In this document: positions 8,996 through 19,170 of the stretch, piece by piece
How the letters are laid out: every line of letters begins with the position of its first letter
How positions within the stretch are numbered: position 1 is the stretch's first letter
Assembly: GCA_965649295.1 (NCBI GenBank)
Contig: CBFGKH010000008.1
Span: 64,001-128,000 of the forward strand
Source of the DNA: a candidate division WOR-3 bacterium
GTDB lineage: Bacteria; Hydrothermota; Tepidihabitantia; Tepidihabitantales; Tepidihabitantaceae
Direction: 5' to 3'
Length of the DNA stretch: 64,000 bases
Notes under the pieces: generated by a model
Databases searched by the model: none
What the model saw: only the letters and a program-made list of their open reading frames with translations
Told to the model about the DNA's origin: nothing
Position numbers and translations under genes: made by a program

Positions 8996-10776
8996 AACAG
9001 GGCCTCAAGCAGAGCGCGGGCCTGCTCCAGAGTGTCCCTGGGGGAGCACTGTGCCACTCCGGGCGAGAACCGGGCCGCATCGCAAGACGACACCAGGTCG
9101 AGCAGGGCCTCGATTTTGTCGCTGGCGATGCCCCGCTTTGCCAGCTCGGCCCGCAACTGCTCGCCGGTCATTCCGAATGACTCGATATTGAGCCGGTCAC
9201 CGACATAGCCGATTACTGCCCGGCTGAGCGCGGCGTAGAACTCGCGCTCGTTGCCTTGGGCCAAGAGCCGGCTCGCCTCAGCCAGTCGCTTGCGCACCAG
9301 TCGGCTGGACCGGGCCCGTCGGGCATAGCCACGGTCAGCTTCGAGGCGGCGCTGGTGCCGGCCAAGCACGATACCAGCGAGCAATATGACAAGCCCAGTC
9401 GGGTAGAAAGCCCATGTCCAGCCACCGGCTGCGAGCGGTGTTGGACCGAGGCTCGTCTTGATGTGGCGGATATCTGAGCCGAGCACCCGCATGCCGGCTG
9501 TGCCCTCGGTTACGACTGGCCGGGCAGCCGCACCGGTGGCCACGAATGCTAGCGGCTCGGTCTTGAGCGTGTAGTAGGCCCCGCGCTGCGGGCTGAAAAA
9601 GGAGACGCTCACTGCCGGAATTACGTGCCGGCCGTCTGCCTGCGGCAGAATCGGGAAGCGGAACCGCCGCGTGCCGCCGATTCGGCCGCCACTCGCGCGG
9701 GTCTCGACTTTTGACTCGGGTGTGAGCAGCTTGACGCCTGAAGGCGCGTTGACTGTCGGTTCGCCGATTATGCCAATATTGCCGGTGCCGCTGATGACTA
9801 TCTCCAGCACGACCGGCTCGCCGCCTTCTGACTTCTCCTTGCTCAGGCTGGCTTGGAGCTTGAACTCGCCAACGCCGCCACTAAAGTCGGCTGGCCGACC
9901 AGCCTCAGGCAGAGGCTTGGCCGTGATTCGAATCGGCTCGGAGGAGACCTCAAACAGCTCGGTCTCGTCAAAGAAGAAGCCAGGTACGACCAGTTGGCCG
10001 GCGATTGTCATCTTGTCAATGGTGAGGCTGCCGGACTGGGTGGGAAAGATTGCCACCTGCTTGATTGTTGCCGCGCTGTAGCGCTGGCCGTCAAGGGTGG
10101 CGTTGCGCCAGTTCAGATCCTTGGCGTCAAAGAGTTTTTCGGACCAGAACCCAGGAAAGCTCGGCGCGTCCTTCAGGTTGAGGTCGGCCACCCGGCCCTG
10201 GGTGTAGAAGGTGTAGGTGACAGTAATCTGTTCACCGACATAGACCGTTGTCCGGTCAGCGCTGGCCCCGAGGTGAACCCGGGCCCGGCCACGGCCCCGC
10301 GGTTGCGGCTCGAACCCGAACGGCGACTGGGGACGCGCTGGCGAAGGCTGGGCCTGGCTTGTTTTGGTGACGGTTATCTGAATCGGCTGAGTCTGATAGA
10401 CAGTTCCTTTGTACTCCAGCTTGGCCGGCCCAATGGTGAAGGTGCCAACCCGTTTCGGTTCGAGGAAGTAGATAAAGCTCGTCGTCTGCTCCCGGGTCAT
10501 CCGACCGTTGACAAACGATATGCTGGTTGACTGTGACGAGGTGCTGCCGAGGTTGTTGAAGTCGGTAAGGTCAGGCAGGGTTGGTCGCGGCACACCCGCC
10601 TCACCCGATACGGTGAGCACCAGTTGAAACTGCTCGCCCAGCCCAACCGTACTCCGGTCAACACTGGCACTGAAGTTCAGCTCGGCCGCGGCGACTGAAC
10701 CGGCCAGCAGGAAAAAGAGCGCACCAAGGAGCGCCGGCCGACAAACGGCGCAGAGCTGTCCCTGGCTCCTGGTCAT
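8992..10776 (-). CDS. batD: BatD family protein
   Basis: Signal peptide; ASVDRSTVGLGEQF, SISFVNG, FSGGVGEF; C-terminal TM. Confidence 0.85.
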   Translation of the reverse strand: MTRSQGQLCAVCRPALLGALFFLLAGSVAAAELNFSASVDRSTVGLGEQFQLVLTVSGEAGVPRPTLPDLTDFNNLGSTSSQSTSISFVNGRMTREQTTSFIYFLEPKRVGTFTIGPAKLEYKGTVYQTQPIQITVTKTSQAQPSPARPQSPFGFEPQPRGRGRARVHLGASADRTTVYVGEQITVTYTFYTQGRVADLNLKDAPSFPGFWSEKLFDAKDLNWRNATLDGQRYSAATIKQVAIFPTQSGSLTIDKMTIAGQLVVPGFFFDETELFEVSSEPIRITAKPLPEAGRPADFSGGVGEFKLQASLSKEKSEGGEPVVLEIVISGTGNIGIIGEPTVNAPSGVKLLTPESKVETRASGGRIGGTRRFRFPILPQADGRHVIPAVSVSFFSPQRGAYYTLKTEPLAFVATGAAARPVVTEGTAGMRVLGSDIRHIKTSLGPTPLAAGGWTWAFYPTGLVILLAGIVLGRHQRRLEADRGYARRARSSRLVRKRLAEASRLLAQGNEREFYAALSRAVIGYVGDRLNIESFGMTGEQLRAELAKRGIASDKIEALLDLVSSCDAARFSPGVAQCSPRDTLEQARALLEALL

Positions 10777-10782
10777 TCTCCC

Positions 10783-11424
10783 CTACCAGTCCTTTTCGAC
10801 CTTGCGGCGGCCGCCGCGCTGCTGCTGCTCACGTTGCTGCTCGCGCTCTTTGTTCTCGACCGCCTGCACCAGCCGCTCGGCCTGACTCCGGTCCATACCC
10901 TGTTGCGGTTGCGGCTGGGGCCGTGGTTGTTGCTGCTGCTGTTGCTGCTGTTGATTCTGCTGGGAGCTGTCAGGCGGCTGCTCCTGCTTCTTGCGCAGAC
11001 AGAACTCAAGGTTCTCCTTGGCCTGCCGGTCACGGGGATTTTCCAAGAGGGCCTGTTTGTATGCCTGAATTGCCGCGTCAAGCTGACCTGCCTTGTACGC
11101 CACATTGCCGAGATTATACAGGGCATTGGCCCGGCGCAATGGCTTGCGGTCAATCAAGGCCAGTTCGAGCTCCCGCGCTGCCTCGGGGTAGCGGCCCAGC
11201 CGGTACAGAGCGTTGCCGGTGTTGAAGCGGATTGCGCTTGCGTCTGGTTCGAGCACCGCGGCCATCTGGTACCGGCCCAGCGCCTCTTCATACTTACCGC
11301 GGGCATACAGACCGTTGCCCTGTCGCATCAGCGTGCCGACATCGGCAGCGGCGGCGAGATTTGCCACCATCGCACAAAGCACACCGATGAGAAGCGATGG
11401 ACGAATGCCCTCAATCTGTCTCAT
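10783..11424 (-). CDS. batC: BatC-like TPR protein with Gln-rich linker
   Basis: TPRs; poly-Q linker; ends VEKDW; ATGA overlap with the upstream gene. Confidence 0.85.
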   Translation of the reverse strand: MRQIEGIRPSLLIGVLCAMVANLAAAADVGTLMRQGNGLYARGKYEEALGRYQMAAVLEPDASAIRFNTGNALYRLGRYPEAARELELALIDRKPLRRANALYNLGNVAYKAGQLDAAIQAYKQALLENPRDRQAKENLEFCLRKKQEQPPDSSQQNQQQQQQQQQPRPQPQPQQGMDRSQAERLVQAVENKEREQQREQQQRGGRRKVEKDW

Positions 11425-12473
11425 GTCGTCTGCTCCTCCGTCTTTGCGTATTTCCGTCTTGGAGGTAATTCGAGCCACCGGCCCCGCCGGTTCGAGAGCA
11501 AAAGCCCGGCCAAGGTGAAGATAAACGCAAGCAGCAAGAACCACTGGTAGCGCTCGACATAGTCGGTGTAGGTGCCGCCGCCAATCTCTTTCTTGCGCAT
11601 CTGGTCAATCTCGGCCAGGAGCCGGTCCGCCGAGAAACCCTCTGCCCGCAGGAACCGGCCGCCGGTTGCCTGGGCCAGCACTATCAGCTTGGCCTCGTCC
11701 ATTCGCGACAGCACGACTTGACCTTGACTGTCTTTCTTGTAGGCGACCAGGTTGCCGTTTTCGTCATACTCAGGAACCGGCGCACCCTCAGGCGTGGCAA
11801 AGGCAACTGGAAATATCCGCACACCCGCCTCAACCGCCCGCTGCAGTGCTGCCGGTGTGTCCTTGCCCAGGTCATCACCGTCGGTGACAAAGACCAGCGC
11901 CTTGTAGCTCGCCTCCTTCGGATTGAAAAGGGTGTTGGCAACGTCAATCGCCCGGCCAAAATCGGTGCCCGGCACCGGCATCGCGGCTGGGTCAATGATG
12001 TCAAGAAAGAGCTTGGCTGCGCCGGCATCAGTGGTGAGCGGACAGAGGACATGGGCATCGCCGGCAAAGGCAACGATGCCGATAGCGTTACCGGTCAGCC
12101 CATCAATCAGGGCCGATAGCTCGGCCTTGGCCCGTACCAGACGCGAGGGCTTGATGTCCTCAGCGAGCATTGACTTTGAGGCGTCCAGGGCAATAACCAC
12201 GTCCACGCCCCGGCCTTTGTAGAGCTGTAGCTTCTCACCCCAGCGCGGTCGGGCCGCGGCGATGACGAGCAAGGCAAGACCGATGAGCAGTAGTAGCGAC
12301 TTGACTAGGTCCAGGCCCGGTAGGTAGTCAGGCATTACTGCTGGCAGTAGGTGGCCGTCAATCGCCCGCGTCAGCGTTCGCCGACCGAATAGCCGGCGCA
12401 GGAGCAATAGCACCAAACCAACCGGCACAATCAATAAGAGCCAGAGATAACCAGGCGCACCCCAACGAATCAC
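11421..12473 (-). CDS. batB: BatB vWA domain protein
   Basis: AAARPRWG, LDASKSMLAEDIKPSRL, TDGDD MIDAS motifs. Confidence 0.85.
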   Translation of the reverse strand: MIRWGAPGYLWLLLIVPVGLVLLLLRRLFGRRTLTRAIDGHLLPAVMPDYLPGLDLVKSLLLLIGLALLVIAAARPRWGEKLQLYKGRGVDVVIALDASKSMLAEDIKPSRLVRAKAELSALIDGLTGNAIGIVAFAGDAHVLCPLTTDAGAAKLFLDIIDPAAMPVPGTDFGRAIDVANTLFNPKEASYKALVFVTDGDDLGKDTPAALQRAVEAGVRIFPVAFATPEGAPVPEYDENGNLVAYKKDSQGQVVLSRMDEAKLIVLAQATGGRFLRAEGFSADRLLAEIDQMRKKEIGGGTYTDYVERYQWFLLLAFIFTLAGLLLSNRRGRWLELPPRRKYAKTEEQTT

Positions 12474-13447
12474 GGCAGCCTCCGCAATACTGTCAGGGAA
12501 AGGCCCAAGGTGGTTGCAAGCACCAGGAGCGCGGCAAGGAGCCAGCCACCAGCCAGTTCATTATAGACGGTGTACTGCTTCACCTTGAACGTCGTCGGCT
12601 CCATCCGGTCAATCTCCTCATAGACCCGGCCCAAGGCGGCATTGTCGGTGGCGAGGAAGAACCGGCCACCAGTGATGTCGGCAATCCGCTGCAGTGTCTC
12701 TGTGTCAAGGTCAATTTGCACCTGCACGTACCGCCGCCCGAAGAACGGGTCATTCACCGGGAACGGCACTCTGCCTTTTGAGCCAACGCCAATAGTATAG
12801 ACCTTGATGCCCAGCCCGGCCGCTGCCTGAGCCGCGGTTATTGGGTCAATGTCACCGGTGTTGTTGACGCCGTCGGTCAGCAGAATGATGACCCGATCCT
12901 TGGCCTTTGAGTCCTTCAGCCGGGCAACAGCACTGGCCAAACCAAGCCCAATTGCGGTGCCGTCCTCAAGCATCCCAAAACCGACGCGGTCAATCAGCGT
13001 ATTGAGGATGTTTCGGTCAAGACTCAACGGACACTGCGTCAGGCTGGTGGCTGAGAAGACAACCAGCCCGATACGATCGCCCTGCCGCTTGGCGACAAAC
13101 TCTTTGGCCCGCTGCTTGGCAACTGCCAGCCGGTTCTGGGGCGAGAAGTCCTCTGCCTGCATCGAACCAGAGATGTCAAGACAGAGCATGATGTCAATGC
13201 CGTGAGTCTCAACCTCCTGAAACTGACGGCCGCGCTGGGGCCGGGCCAAGGCAACCACCATCAGTACCAGCGCCAGGGAATAGCCGACCAGCACGAGCGG
13301 CCGCGCCCAGCGGCCACGGTTCGGCGCTCCGGAAAGGAAGTCCAAACTGGCATAGCGGACTCCAGCCCGACGCTTCCGCAACTGCCACCACCAAAATAGC
13401 GGCAGCAGCCCAAGCAGCGCAAAGAACCAAGGATGGGCGAAACTCAT
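12470..13447 (-). CDS. batA: BatA vWA domain protein
   Basis: MSFAHPW, ALARPQ, LDISGSM, GTAIGLGL, LTDGVNN. Confidence 0.9.
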   Translation of the reverse strand: MSFAHPWFFALLGLLPLFWWWQLRKRRAGVRYASLDFLSGAPNRGRWARPLVLVGYSLALVLMVVALARPQRGRQFQEVETHGIDIMLCLDISGSMQAEDFSPQNRLAVAKQRAKEFVAKRQGDRIGLVVFSATSLTQCPLSLDRNILNTLIDRVGFGMLEDGTAIGLGLASAVARLKDSKAKDRVIILLTDGVNNTGDIDPITAAQAAAGLGIKVYTIGVGSKGRVPFPVNDPFFGRRYVQVQIDLDTETLQRIADITGGRFFLATDNAALGRVYEEIDRMEPTTFKVKQYTVYNELAGGWLLAALLVLATTLGLSLTVLRRLP

Positions 13448-14493
13448 CGCGGCTTCTCCCCTGTTGCCGCCGGCTCTGGCGCCGGCGTTGTCGCCCGCAC
13501 CAGCTCGCGCGCCGTCCCTAGCGCCGCGGTCATCTCTGCCCAAGCCGGCACAAACTTGGCATACTTGACAAGGTCGGCGTTGCGGAAGAACTCGCAGAAA
13601 GCCTCCCGCTCCGGCACCTTGCGCGCCTTCAGCTCGGCAGCAATCTCGGTCGTCGTCTGGTCCGGCGCCGGGAACCCAAACCGCCGACCGAGATACCGCT
13701 TCAGTATCTCCGACACGGCGTAGTAGTAACGTTTCACCTGGCCCGAGCCCAGCCAGTCGTCCACCGGAATCGCGTCAAGCGCAGCCAGCGCTTCGGTCCA
13801 GGGGTCGGGCAGCACTGCACCCGCCAGCCGGATTCGCCGATAGCGGCGCACGAGCCAGCGGCCCAGTAGGGCCAGGCCAACAAGCCCGACCACGCCCAAG
13901 ATAATCCAAAGCGGCAGATAGTTGGGAAACTGCACCTGCGGCTTCAGGTCATTGATATCGGTCATCGAGTCGGCGATGACGCTTGCCACTTCAACTCGCA
14001 AGGTCTCTGATGCCGCAGCCAGCCGCTCGGTCGGTTCCTGCCAGACGACCAGAAACGGCGGCAGGGCCAGCTCACCGGTAGCGAAAGCGGCGAGCCGGTA
14101 ACGGTGGACGTCAACGATCGTGTCGCCCTGGTAGCGGGTCTTCGTCTTACGGTCCAGAATCGCGAAGTCGCCGTCGGCCGAAAGCAGGGGTTCGGTTGTC
14201 CGCATTGACCGCGGCCGCCGGACAGTCAGCTCCAGCTCAAAACGGTCACCAACTGTCAGCTTGCCGCGCACCGGCAGCAGCCGGGCGCTCAGTCGAACCG
14301 GCCCGTCTTGGACAATCCGGTAGGCTGGCCGCGCGGCAGTATCAGCCGCAGCCGTGCTGTCGGCCGCCCCTGCCCCACCTTGGGTCTGGCCCAGACCAAC
14401 CGCCAAAAGCCCCAGCAGCCAGAGTACTGCTAAGACTCTCTGCTTAGATGCCAGTCGGTCTGCTGCCGGGCTGTGGTGACGAACCATCTTCAT
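13444..14493 (-). CDS. Bat-operon membrane protein (Ig-like domain + TM + cytoplasmic tail)
   Basis: DINDLKP-TM-...EILKRYL...DLVKYAK, typical of the gene lying between DUF58 and batA. Confidence 0.75.
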   Translation of the reverse strand: MKMVRHHSPAADRLASKQRVLAVLWLLGLLAVGLGQTQGGAGAADSTAAADTAARPAYRIVQDGPVRLSARLLPVRGKLTVGDRFELELTVRRPRSMRTTEPLLSADGDFAILDRKTKTRYQGDTIVDVHRYRLAAFATGELALPPFLVVWQEPTERLAAASETLRVEVASVIADSMTDINDLKPQVQFPNYLPLWIILGVVGLVGLALLGRWLVRRYRRIRLAGAVLPDPWTEALAALDAIPVDDWLGSGQVKRYYYAVSEILKRYLGRRFGFPAPDQTTTEIAAELKARKVPEREAFCEFFRNADLVKYAKFVPAWAEMTAALGTARELVRATTPAPEPAATGEKPR

Positions 14494-15410
14494 CAGCGGT
14501 AGCGCCGGGCTCGCTGCTGAAAGAAACGGTGTAGTTGGCCGGTGAAATCCTCAGCCGTCGAGATCGGAATGTGGTCAATCCCAAGCTGATGCAGTAACTG
14601 GCGCTGCTCAACCCGCGCTGCCGACCGCAGGCCAGCGAATCGCTCGCGCAGCCGCGGGTCATTTGTATCAACCAGGGCCAGCTCGCCGGTTTCGGCGTCC
14701 TCCAGTTCAACCAGCCCCAGCCGGGGCAACTCCTCTTCAGCCGGGTCATTGACCGTGACCACAACCAAGTCATGCTTGCGGGCAGCGATACCCAGCGGTT
14801 TCTTCAACACGGCGGGCGCAAAGGCCGAGCCGATGAAGTCGGAGATGAAGAAGACAATCGCCCGTCGCTTGAGGACGTGCATCAGAAATTCGAGCGCCTG
14901 CGCCGGGTCGGTACCGCGCCGCTCCGGTTCGAAGTAGAGAATGTCCCGAATCAGCCTTAGCACATGGGAACGGCCTTTGCGCGGCGGAACATACTTCTCG
15001 ATGGTGTCGGTGAAAAAGACCAGGCCCACCTTGTCGTTGTTGCGGATGGCCGAGAAGGCAAGGGTCGCTGCTACTTGGGCAGCCTGGTCAAGCTTGAGCA
15101 GCCGTCGCGTGCCAAACCGGTCTGAACCGGACGCATCAACCAGCAGGATGACAACGAGCTCCCGCTCCTCGGCGAACTTCTTCACATAGGGCCGGCCGAA
15201 CCGGGCTGTCACCCGCCAGTCAATGGTTCGAACATCATCACCAGGTAGGTATTCGCGGACATCGAGGAACTCGATGCCGCGGCCCTTGAAGCTCGACTTG
15301 TAATCGCCCGAGAAGAGCGTGTTGACCAGCCGCCGCGTACGGATCTCTATTTGCCGTATGCGGCTGAAACTGGTGCTGCCGGGCCGTGCCGCCACCGACT
15401 GCTCTGCCAT
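14493..15410 (-). CDS. DUF58 domain protein
   Basis: GIEFLDVREYLPGDDVRTIDWRVTAR, VKKFAEERE, FISDF. Confidence 0.92.
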   Translation of the reverse strand: MAEQSVAARPGSTSFSRIRQIEIRTRRLVNTLFSGDYKSSFKGRGIEFLDVREYLPGDDVRTIDWRVTARFGRPYVKKFAEERELVVILLVDASGSDRFGTRRLLKLDQAAQVAATLAFSAIRNNDKVGLVFFTDTIEKYVPPRKGRSHVLRLIRDILYFEPERRGTDPAQALEFLMHVLKRRAIVFFISDFIGSAFAPAVLKKPLGIAARKHDLVVVTVNDPAEEELPRLGLVELEDAETGELALVDTNDPRLRERFAGLRSAARVEQRQLLHQLGIDHIPISTAEDFTGQLHRFFQQRARRYR

Positions 15411-15450
15411 TGCCTAAACCGTCTCGGCCAGGGCTTTCGCCCCTGCCGCC

Positions 15451-16449
15451 TTACGGAACCTCGACGCCTTCGAGCACGCGCCGAACGATGTCGTCAGTCG
15501 TCAGCTCCTCAGCCTCGGCCTCATAGGAGAGAATCAGACGGTGACGTAGCACATCCGGTGCGAGCTCCTTGATGTCTTCGGGCAGCACAAAACCGCGACG
15601 ACGCAGAAACGCCATCGCCCGAGCAGCCGTAAGCAGGTAGATCGAAGCACGCGGGCTCGCGCCGTAGCGCAGCAACGGCCCAAGCTCGCCAAGGTTGTAT
15701 TCCTTAGGCTTACGGGTCGCAAAGACAAGGTTGACGATATAGTCCTTGAGCTTCTCGTCCACGTAGATCTTCGCGCACAGCGCCCGGGCCTTGATGATTG
15801 CTCCCGGCTCAACGACCGGACTGACCACCGGTTCGGTCGCGCCGGTCATCCGGTCCACTATTTGTTTCTCCTCCTCCTTGCTCGGGTAGCCGACCCGGAG
15901 CTTGAGCAGGAACCGGTCGGTCTGTGCCTCGGGCAGCGGGTAAGTCCCTTCCTGCTCAATCGGGTTCTGGGTGGCGAGCACTAGGAACGGGTCCTCGAGC
16001 CTGAAGGTCTCCTCGCCGATCGTCACCTGCCGTTCCTGCATCGCCTCGAGCAGTGCCGACTGCACTTTTGGCGGAGCCCGGTTAATCTCGTCCGCGAGCA
16101 CGAGGTTGGCAAAAATTGGCCCCTTTCTCGCGATAAACTCGCCGGTCCGCTGGTTGAATATCTGAGTGCCAACAATGTCAGCTGGGAGCAGGTCCGGCGT
16201 GAACTGAATCCGGGCAAAACGCGTCCGAATCGCCTGTGCGAGAGTCTTTACGGCATAGGTCTTGGCAAGGCCGGGCACGCCCTCGATCAGTATGTGCCCG
16301 TTGGCTAGCAGCCCGATGAGCAGTCGCTCAACCAGATATTTCTGGCCGACTATGGCCTTGCCGACCTCGCCGGTTATCGCCTGAACAAAGAGGCTCTCGG
16401 CGGCGATCTCTTCATGCAGACGCTTGATGTCGTCTCTCAGTTCTTGCAT
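15451..16449 (-). CDS. moxR: MoxR family AAA+ ATPase
   Basis: GVPGLAKT, RIQFTPDLLPADI, LADEINRAPPKVQSALLEAMQE, TQNPIEQEGTYPLPEAQ; AGGAG SD. Confidence 0.95.
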   Translation of the reverse strand: MQELRDDIKRLHEEIAAESLFVQAITGEVGKAIVGQKYLVERLLIGLLANGHILIEGVPGLAKTYAVKTLAQAIRTRFARIQFTPDLLPADIVGTQIFNQRTGEFIARKGPIFANLVLADEINRAPPKVQSALLEAMQERQVTIGEETFRLEDPFLVLATQNPIEQEGTYPLPEAQTDRFLLKLRVGYPSKEEEKQIVDRMTGATEPVVSPVVEPGAIIKARALCAKIYVDEKLKDYIVNLVFATRKPKEYNLGELGPLLRYGASPRASIYLLTAARAMAFLRRRGFVLPEDIKELAPDVLRHRLILSYEAEAEELTTDDIVRRVLEGVEVP

Positions 16450-16553
16450 AACGCTACTCCTTGGCGTCGAGCAAAACGCTGTATAGATAGACTCAATCCG
16501 CCTAGGCTGGGTTGCGCCTAGGCCAGCGCCGACAGACCGACCGCAGACTAAGA

Positions 16554-17132
16554 CTAGGGTCGCTGGGTGGGAACTTTCTCCGGTTCCTTTGCCAGCTCGC
16601 GCAGCGCCTCGAGTGCCACCGCATGCTTCTGGATCATCTCGCGGTTTACCGCCGGAACCTTGTCGCAAGCAGCAATCAGCGCCTCGACCTGAGCAACGGC
16701 TTTCTTGGTCTCAGTAGCGGTGTCTTTTTTCATCTCCGGCAGCATTCCCTTGAACATCTCGGCACTGGTCGCGGCCTGCGCTGCAGCTATCTTCAGCATG
16801 GTGGAGCGGAAACTAGGCCAGTCTGTTCCTGCTGCCTGCAGTGCGGCATTGACGCCTTCAACCGCTCCCATGGCGTCAACAAAGCCGGTAATGACCTGCG
16901 CAATCTGAGCATCAGCAGCCGGCTCGGGTGGTGCAAACCCAGCCGAACGTAAGGCAGCACCGACACCAGGCAGCGCTTTAACACAACTCGCTATGGCCTC
17001 ATCAGTGAGCGGCTCTATCGCCTCAGCCGGAAGCTCCACGACGGCGATAGGTTTGACTTCGTTCTTCTTGCCGCCACAGTACGCTCCGACCAGGACCAGG
17101 AGCACAAACAGCAGCGCCTTCACTCGGTTCAT
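16554..17132 (-). CDS. Hypothetical lipoprotein
   Basis: AAGGAG SD; MNRVKALLFVLLVLVGAYC lipobox-like signal. Confidence 0.7.
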   Translation of the reverse strand: MNRVKALLFVLLVLVGAYCGGKKNEVKPIAVVELPAEAIEPLTDEAIASCVKALPGVGAALRSAGFAPPEPAADAQIAQVITGFVDAMGAVEGVNAALQAAGTDWPSFRSTMLKIAAAQAATSAEMFKGMLPEMKKDTATETKKAVAQVEALIAACDKVPAVNREMIQKHAVALEALRELAKEPEKVPTQRP

Positions 17133-17299
17133 TATTGGGTCTCCTTTTCGAACTTGTCCGAACAACATTTAGCCCTACCATTGGCAGCATAGTCGTGATA
17201 CCACGAATCGCTGTCCAGATCGAGCACAATCTTAGTCCACAACTAAAGACTGTCAAATATCAGCACCAAATCTCAGACTGACAAACTGACAGACCGGCA

Positions 17300-17567
17300 A
17301 GACGAGCTCGTTCTATAACAGTATGGTTGTAAATAGTCTCCACCACTAGATAGATGGTAGCTCGATCTGCAGCAGATCTTTGTTCTTTGGACTAAGGATG
17401 CTGCTGTTGTTGGTGTGTGGGTAAGTCCGTTCAATTCGTCTTGGTTTGTTGTTACGTGGCTTATGCCGCTTTTGTCATGTGGACTATCGGTTGCGGATAA
17501 GTTGGTAGTACGGCCACTGTCCCGGTGTGCACCGTTAGTCAACATCGTTGTCCACTACTTATCCGCT
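17300..17567. other. Putative oriC region downstream of dnaA
   Basis: Lower-GC intergenic region; DnaA-box-like TGTGGGTAA (17416-24), TGTGGACTA (17478-86), TGCGGATAA (17492-500), TTGTCCACT (17548-56). Confidence 0.6.
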
Positions 17568-18963
17568 CCTGCAGTCTGTCAATAGTGCTTCGGATAAGTG
17601 GGTCCTCGTTTCGGAGTCGCGACATCTTTTCTATTGCATGCATGACCGTGGTGTGGTCGCGGCCGCCAAAATGGAAGCCGATCTCGTTCAACGATAGGTT
17701 CAGGCGGGCGCGGATGATGTACATTGCTGTCTGTCGGGCGAGGACAATCTGCTTAGTACGACTCTGGCCGACGATGTCGGCGACGGTGACACCAAAGCTT
17801 TCGGCGCAGGCGGCGATAATCGTCTTGGCGTCAATCGGCTCTTCCTCGCGGACAAGGTCACGTAGCGCGTCAGCCGCCGTCTCAACCGTCAACGGTCTCC
17901 CCTCCAGCGACGCGTGCGCAAGCAGACGGTTGAGGCTGCCTTCTAGTTCACGGACGCTGCGCCGGAAATGGGAAGCAATAAAGAAGGCGACATCTTCGGG
18001 CAGCACGATGTTATCCAGCGCGGCCTTGCGGGTAAGTATGGCGACGCGTGTTTCCACGTCAGGCGGCTGGATATCTACGACTAGACCGGAGCCAAGTCGC
18101 GAGGCTAGGCGGCTTTCGAGCGTGGGGATGTCCTGCGGCGGTCGGTCGCTAGTAAAGACTATCTGACTGCCACCATCGTGGAGGTTGTTGAAAATGTAGA
18201 ACACCTCTTCTTGCAGTCGCTCCTTGCCGATGAGGTAGTGAATATCGTCGAGGAGCAGCAGGTCCAGGCCGCGATACTTGTTCTTGAACTCAAGTCTAGT
18301 GTTCCGTTCGATGGCTTGGATGAGTTCGATAAATAGGTTCTCGGCAGCAGTGTAATAGACACGGAGATTGGGACGGAGGGAGATAGCCAGGTTGCCGATG
18401 GCCTGCATCAGGTGGGTCTTGCCGAGGCCGACGCCGCCGTAGATGAACAGTGGGTTGTAAGCGGCTGCTGGCCGCTCGGCCACACTGCGGGCAGCAGCCG
18501 CAGCGAGCCGGTTGCTTTCGCCAACAACAAATGAGTCAAAGGTGTAACGAGCCTGGAGCCGGTTAGTCTCGGTGCGACTTGCCGGACGGGGGGTCGGTTC
18601 ATGCCAGGATGGGTTGGCGCGGCGGCCTTGGGTGGTGAGCACACATAAGGAAAAGTCGTAGCCCTCGCCGGCGACGGTGCGGAGTGCAGCACGGATGTCG
18701 GTTGCGTAGTGCTGGCTAATCCAGTCGGCGAAGAAGGGATTGGGGACGGCGACCTCGAGGGTCTTGCCGCTAAGTTGCAGTCCGCGCGTTGGTTCTAGCC
18801 AGGTTTCAAAACCCTCGCGGCTGACACTGACTTTCAGGTAGTCGAGTACCGATTGCCAGAGTCGCGTTGCTTCGTCAGCATGCTGTCTGGCCGTGCTAGT
18901 AGAAGTAGCCACAGGAGTCCCTTTCGTCTCTTGGTCTCTGGCGCGGTCGCAGCGCCAGGCCAT
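17539..18963 (-). CDS. dnaA: Chromosomal replication initiator DnaA
   Basis: YTFDSFVVGESN, YNPLFIYGGVGLGKTHL, LLLDDI, GGRDHTTVMHA. Confidence 0.98.
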   Translation of the reverse strand: MAWRCDRARDQETKGTPVATSTSTARQHADEATRLWQSVLDYLKVSVSREGFETWLEPTRGLQLSGKTLEVAVPNPFFADWISQHYATDIRAALRTVAGEGYDFSLCVLTTQGRRANPSWHEPTPRPASRTETNRLQARYTFDSFVVGESNRLAAAAARSVAERPAAAYNPLFIYGGVGLGKTHLMQAIGNLAISLRPNLRVYYTAAENLFIELIQAIERNTRLEFKNKYRGLDLLLLDDIHYLIGKERLQEEVFYIFNNLHDGGSQIVFTSDRPPQDIPTLESRLASRLGSGLVVDIQPPDVETRVAILTRKAALDNIVLPEDVAFFIASHFRRSVRELEGSLNRLLAHASLEGRPLTVETAADALRDLVREEEPIDAKTIIAACAESFGVTVADIVGQSRTKQIVLARQTAMYIIRARLNLSLNEIGFHFGGRDHTTVMHAIEKMSRLRNEDPLIRSTIDRLQERISSGQRC

Positions 18964-19006
18964 GCCTCTCCGTTTTACCCAAGCAGTTCAACCAGAAAAA
19001 CACAAC

Positions 19007-19027
19007 TTATCCACCGACATTTCCACA
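19007..19027. promoter_or_regulatory. DnaA boxes in the dnaA promoter region
   Basis: TTATCCACC and ATTTCCACA, each close to the TTWTNCACA consensus. Confidence 0.55.
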
Positions 19028-19170
19028 AGTATCTGCTAACGATTCTGCTTTACAGAATAGGCTCAAACACCGGCAACGTTGCCGGTCGGTTGAGCGTAGA
19101 ACGAATTGTCGTTATGGCTATTGTTGCCGCGGCCAGAATAGTCCAGACACGGGCAAAGTCAATACCCGTC

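Noticed and set aside
10900..10960. CAG/CAA repeat as a contingency locus
   Set aside because: In-frame poly-Gln linker typical of BatC
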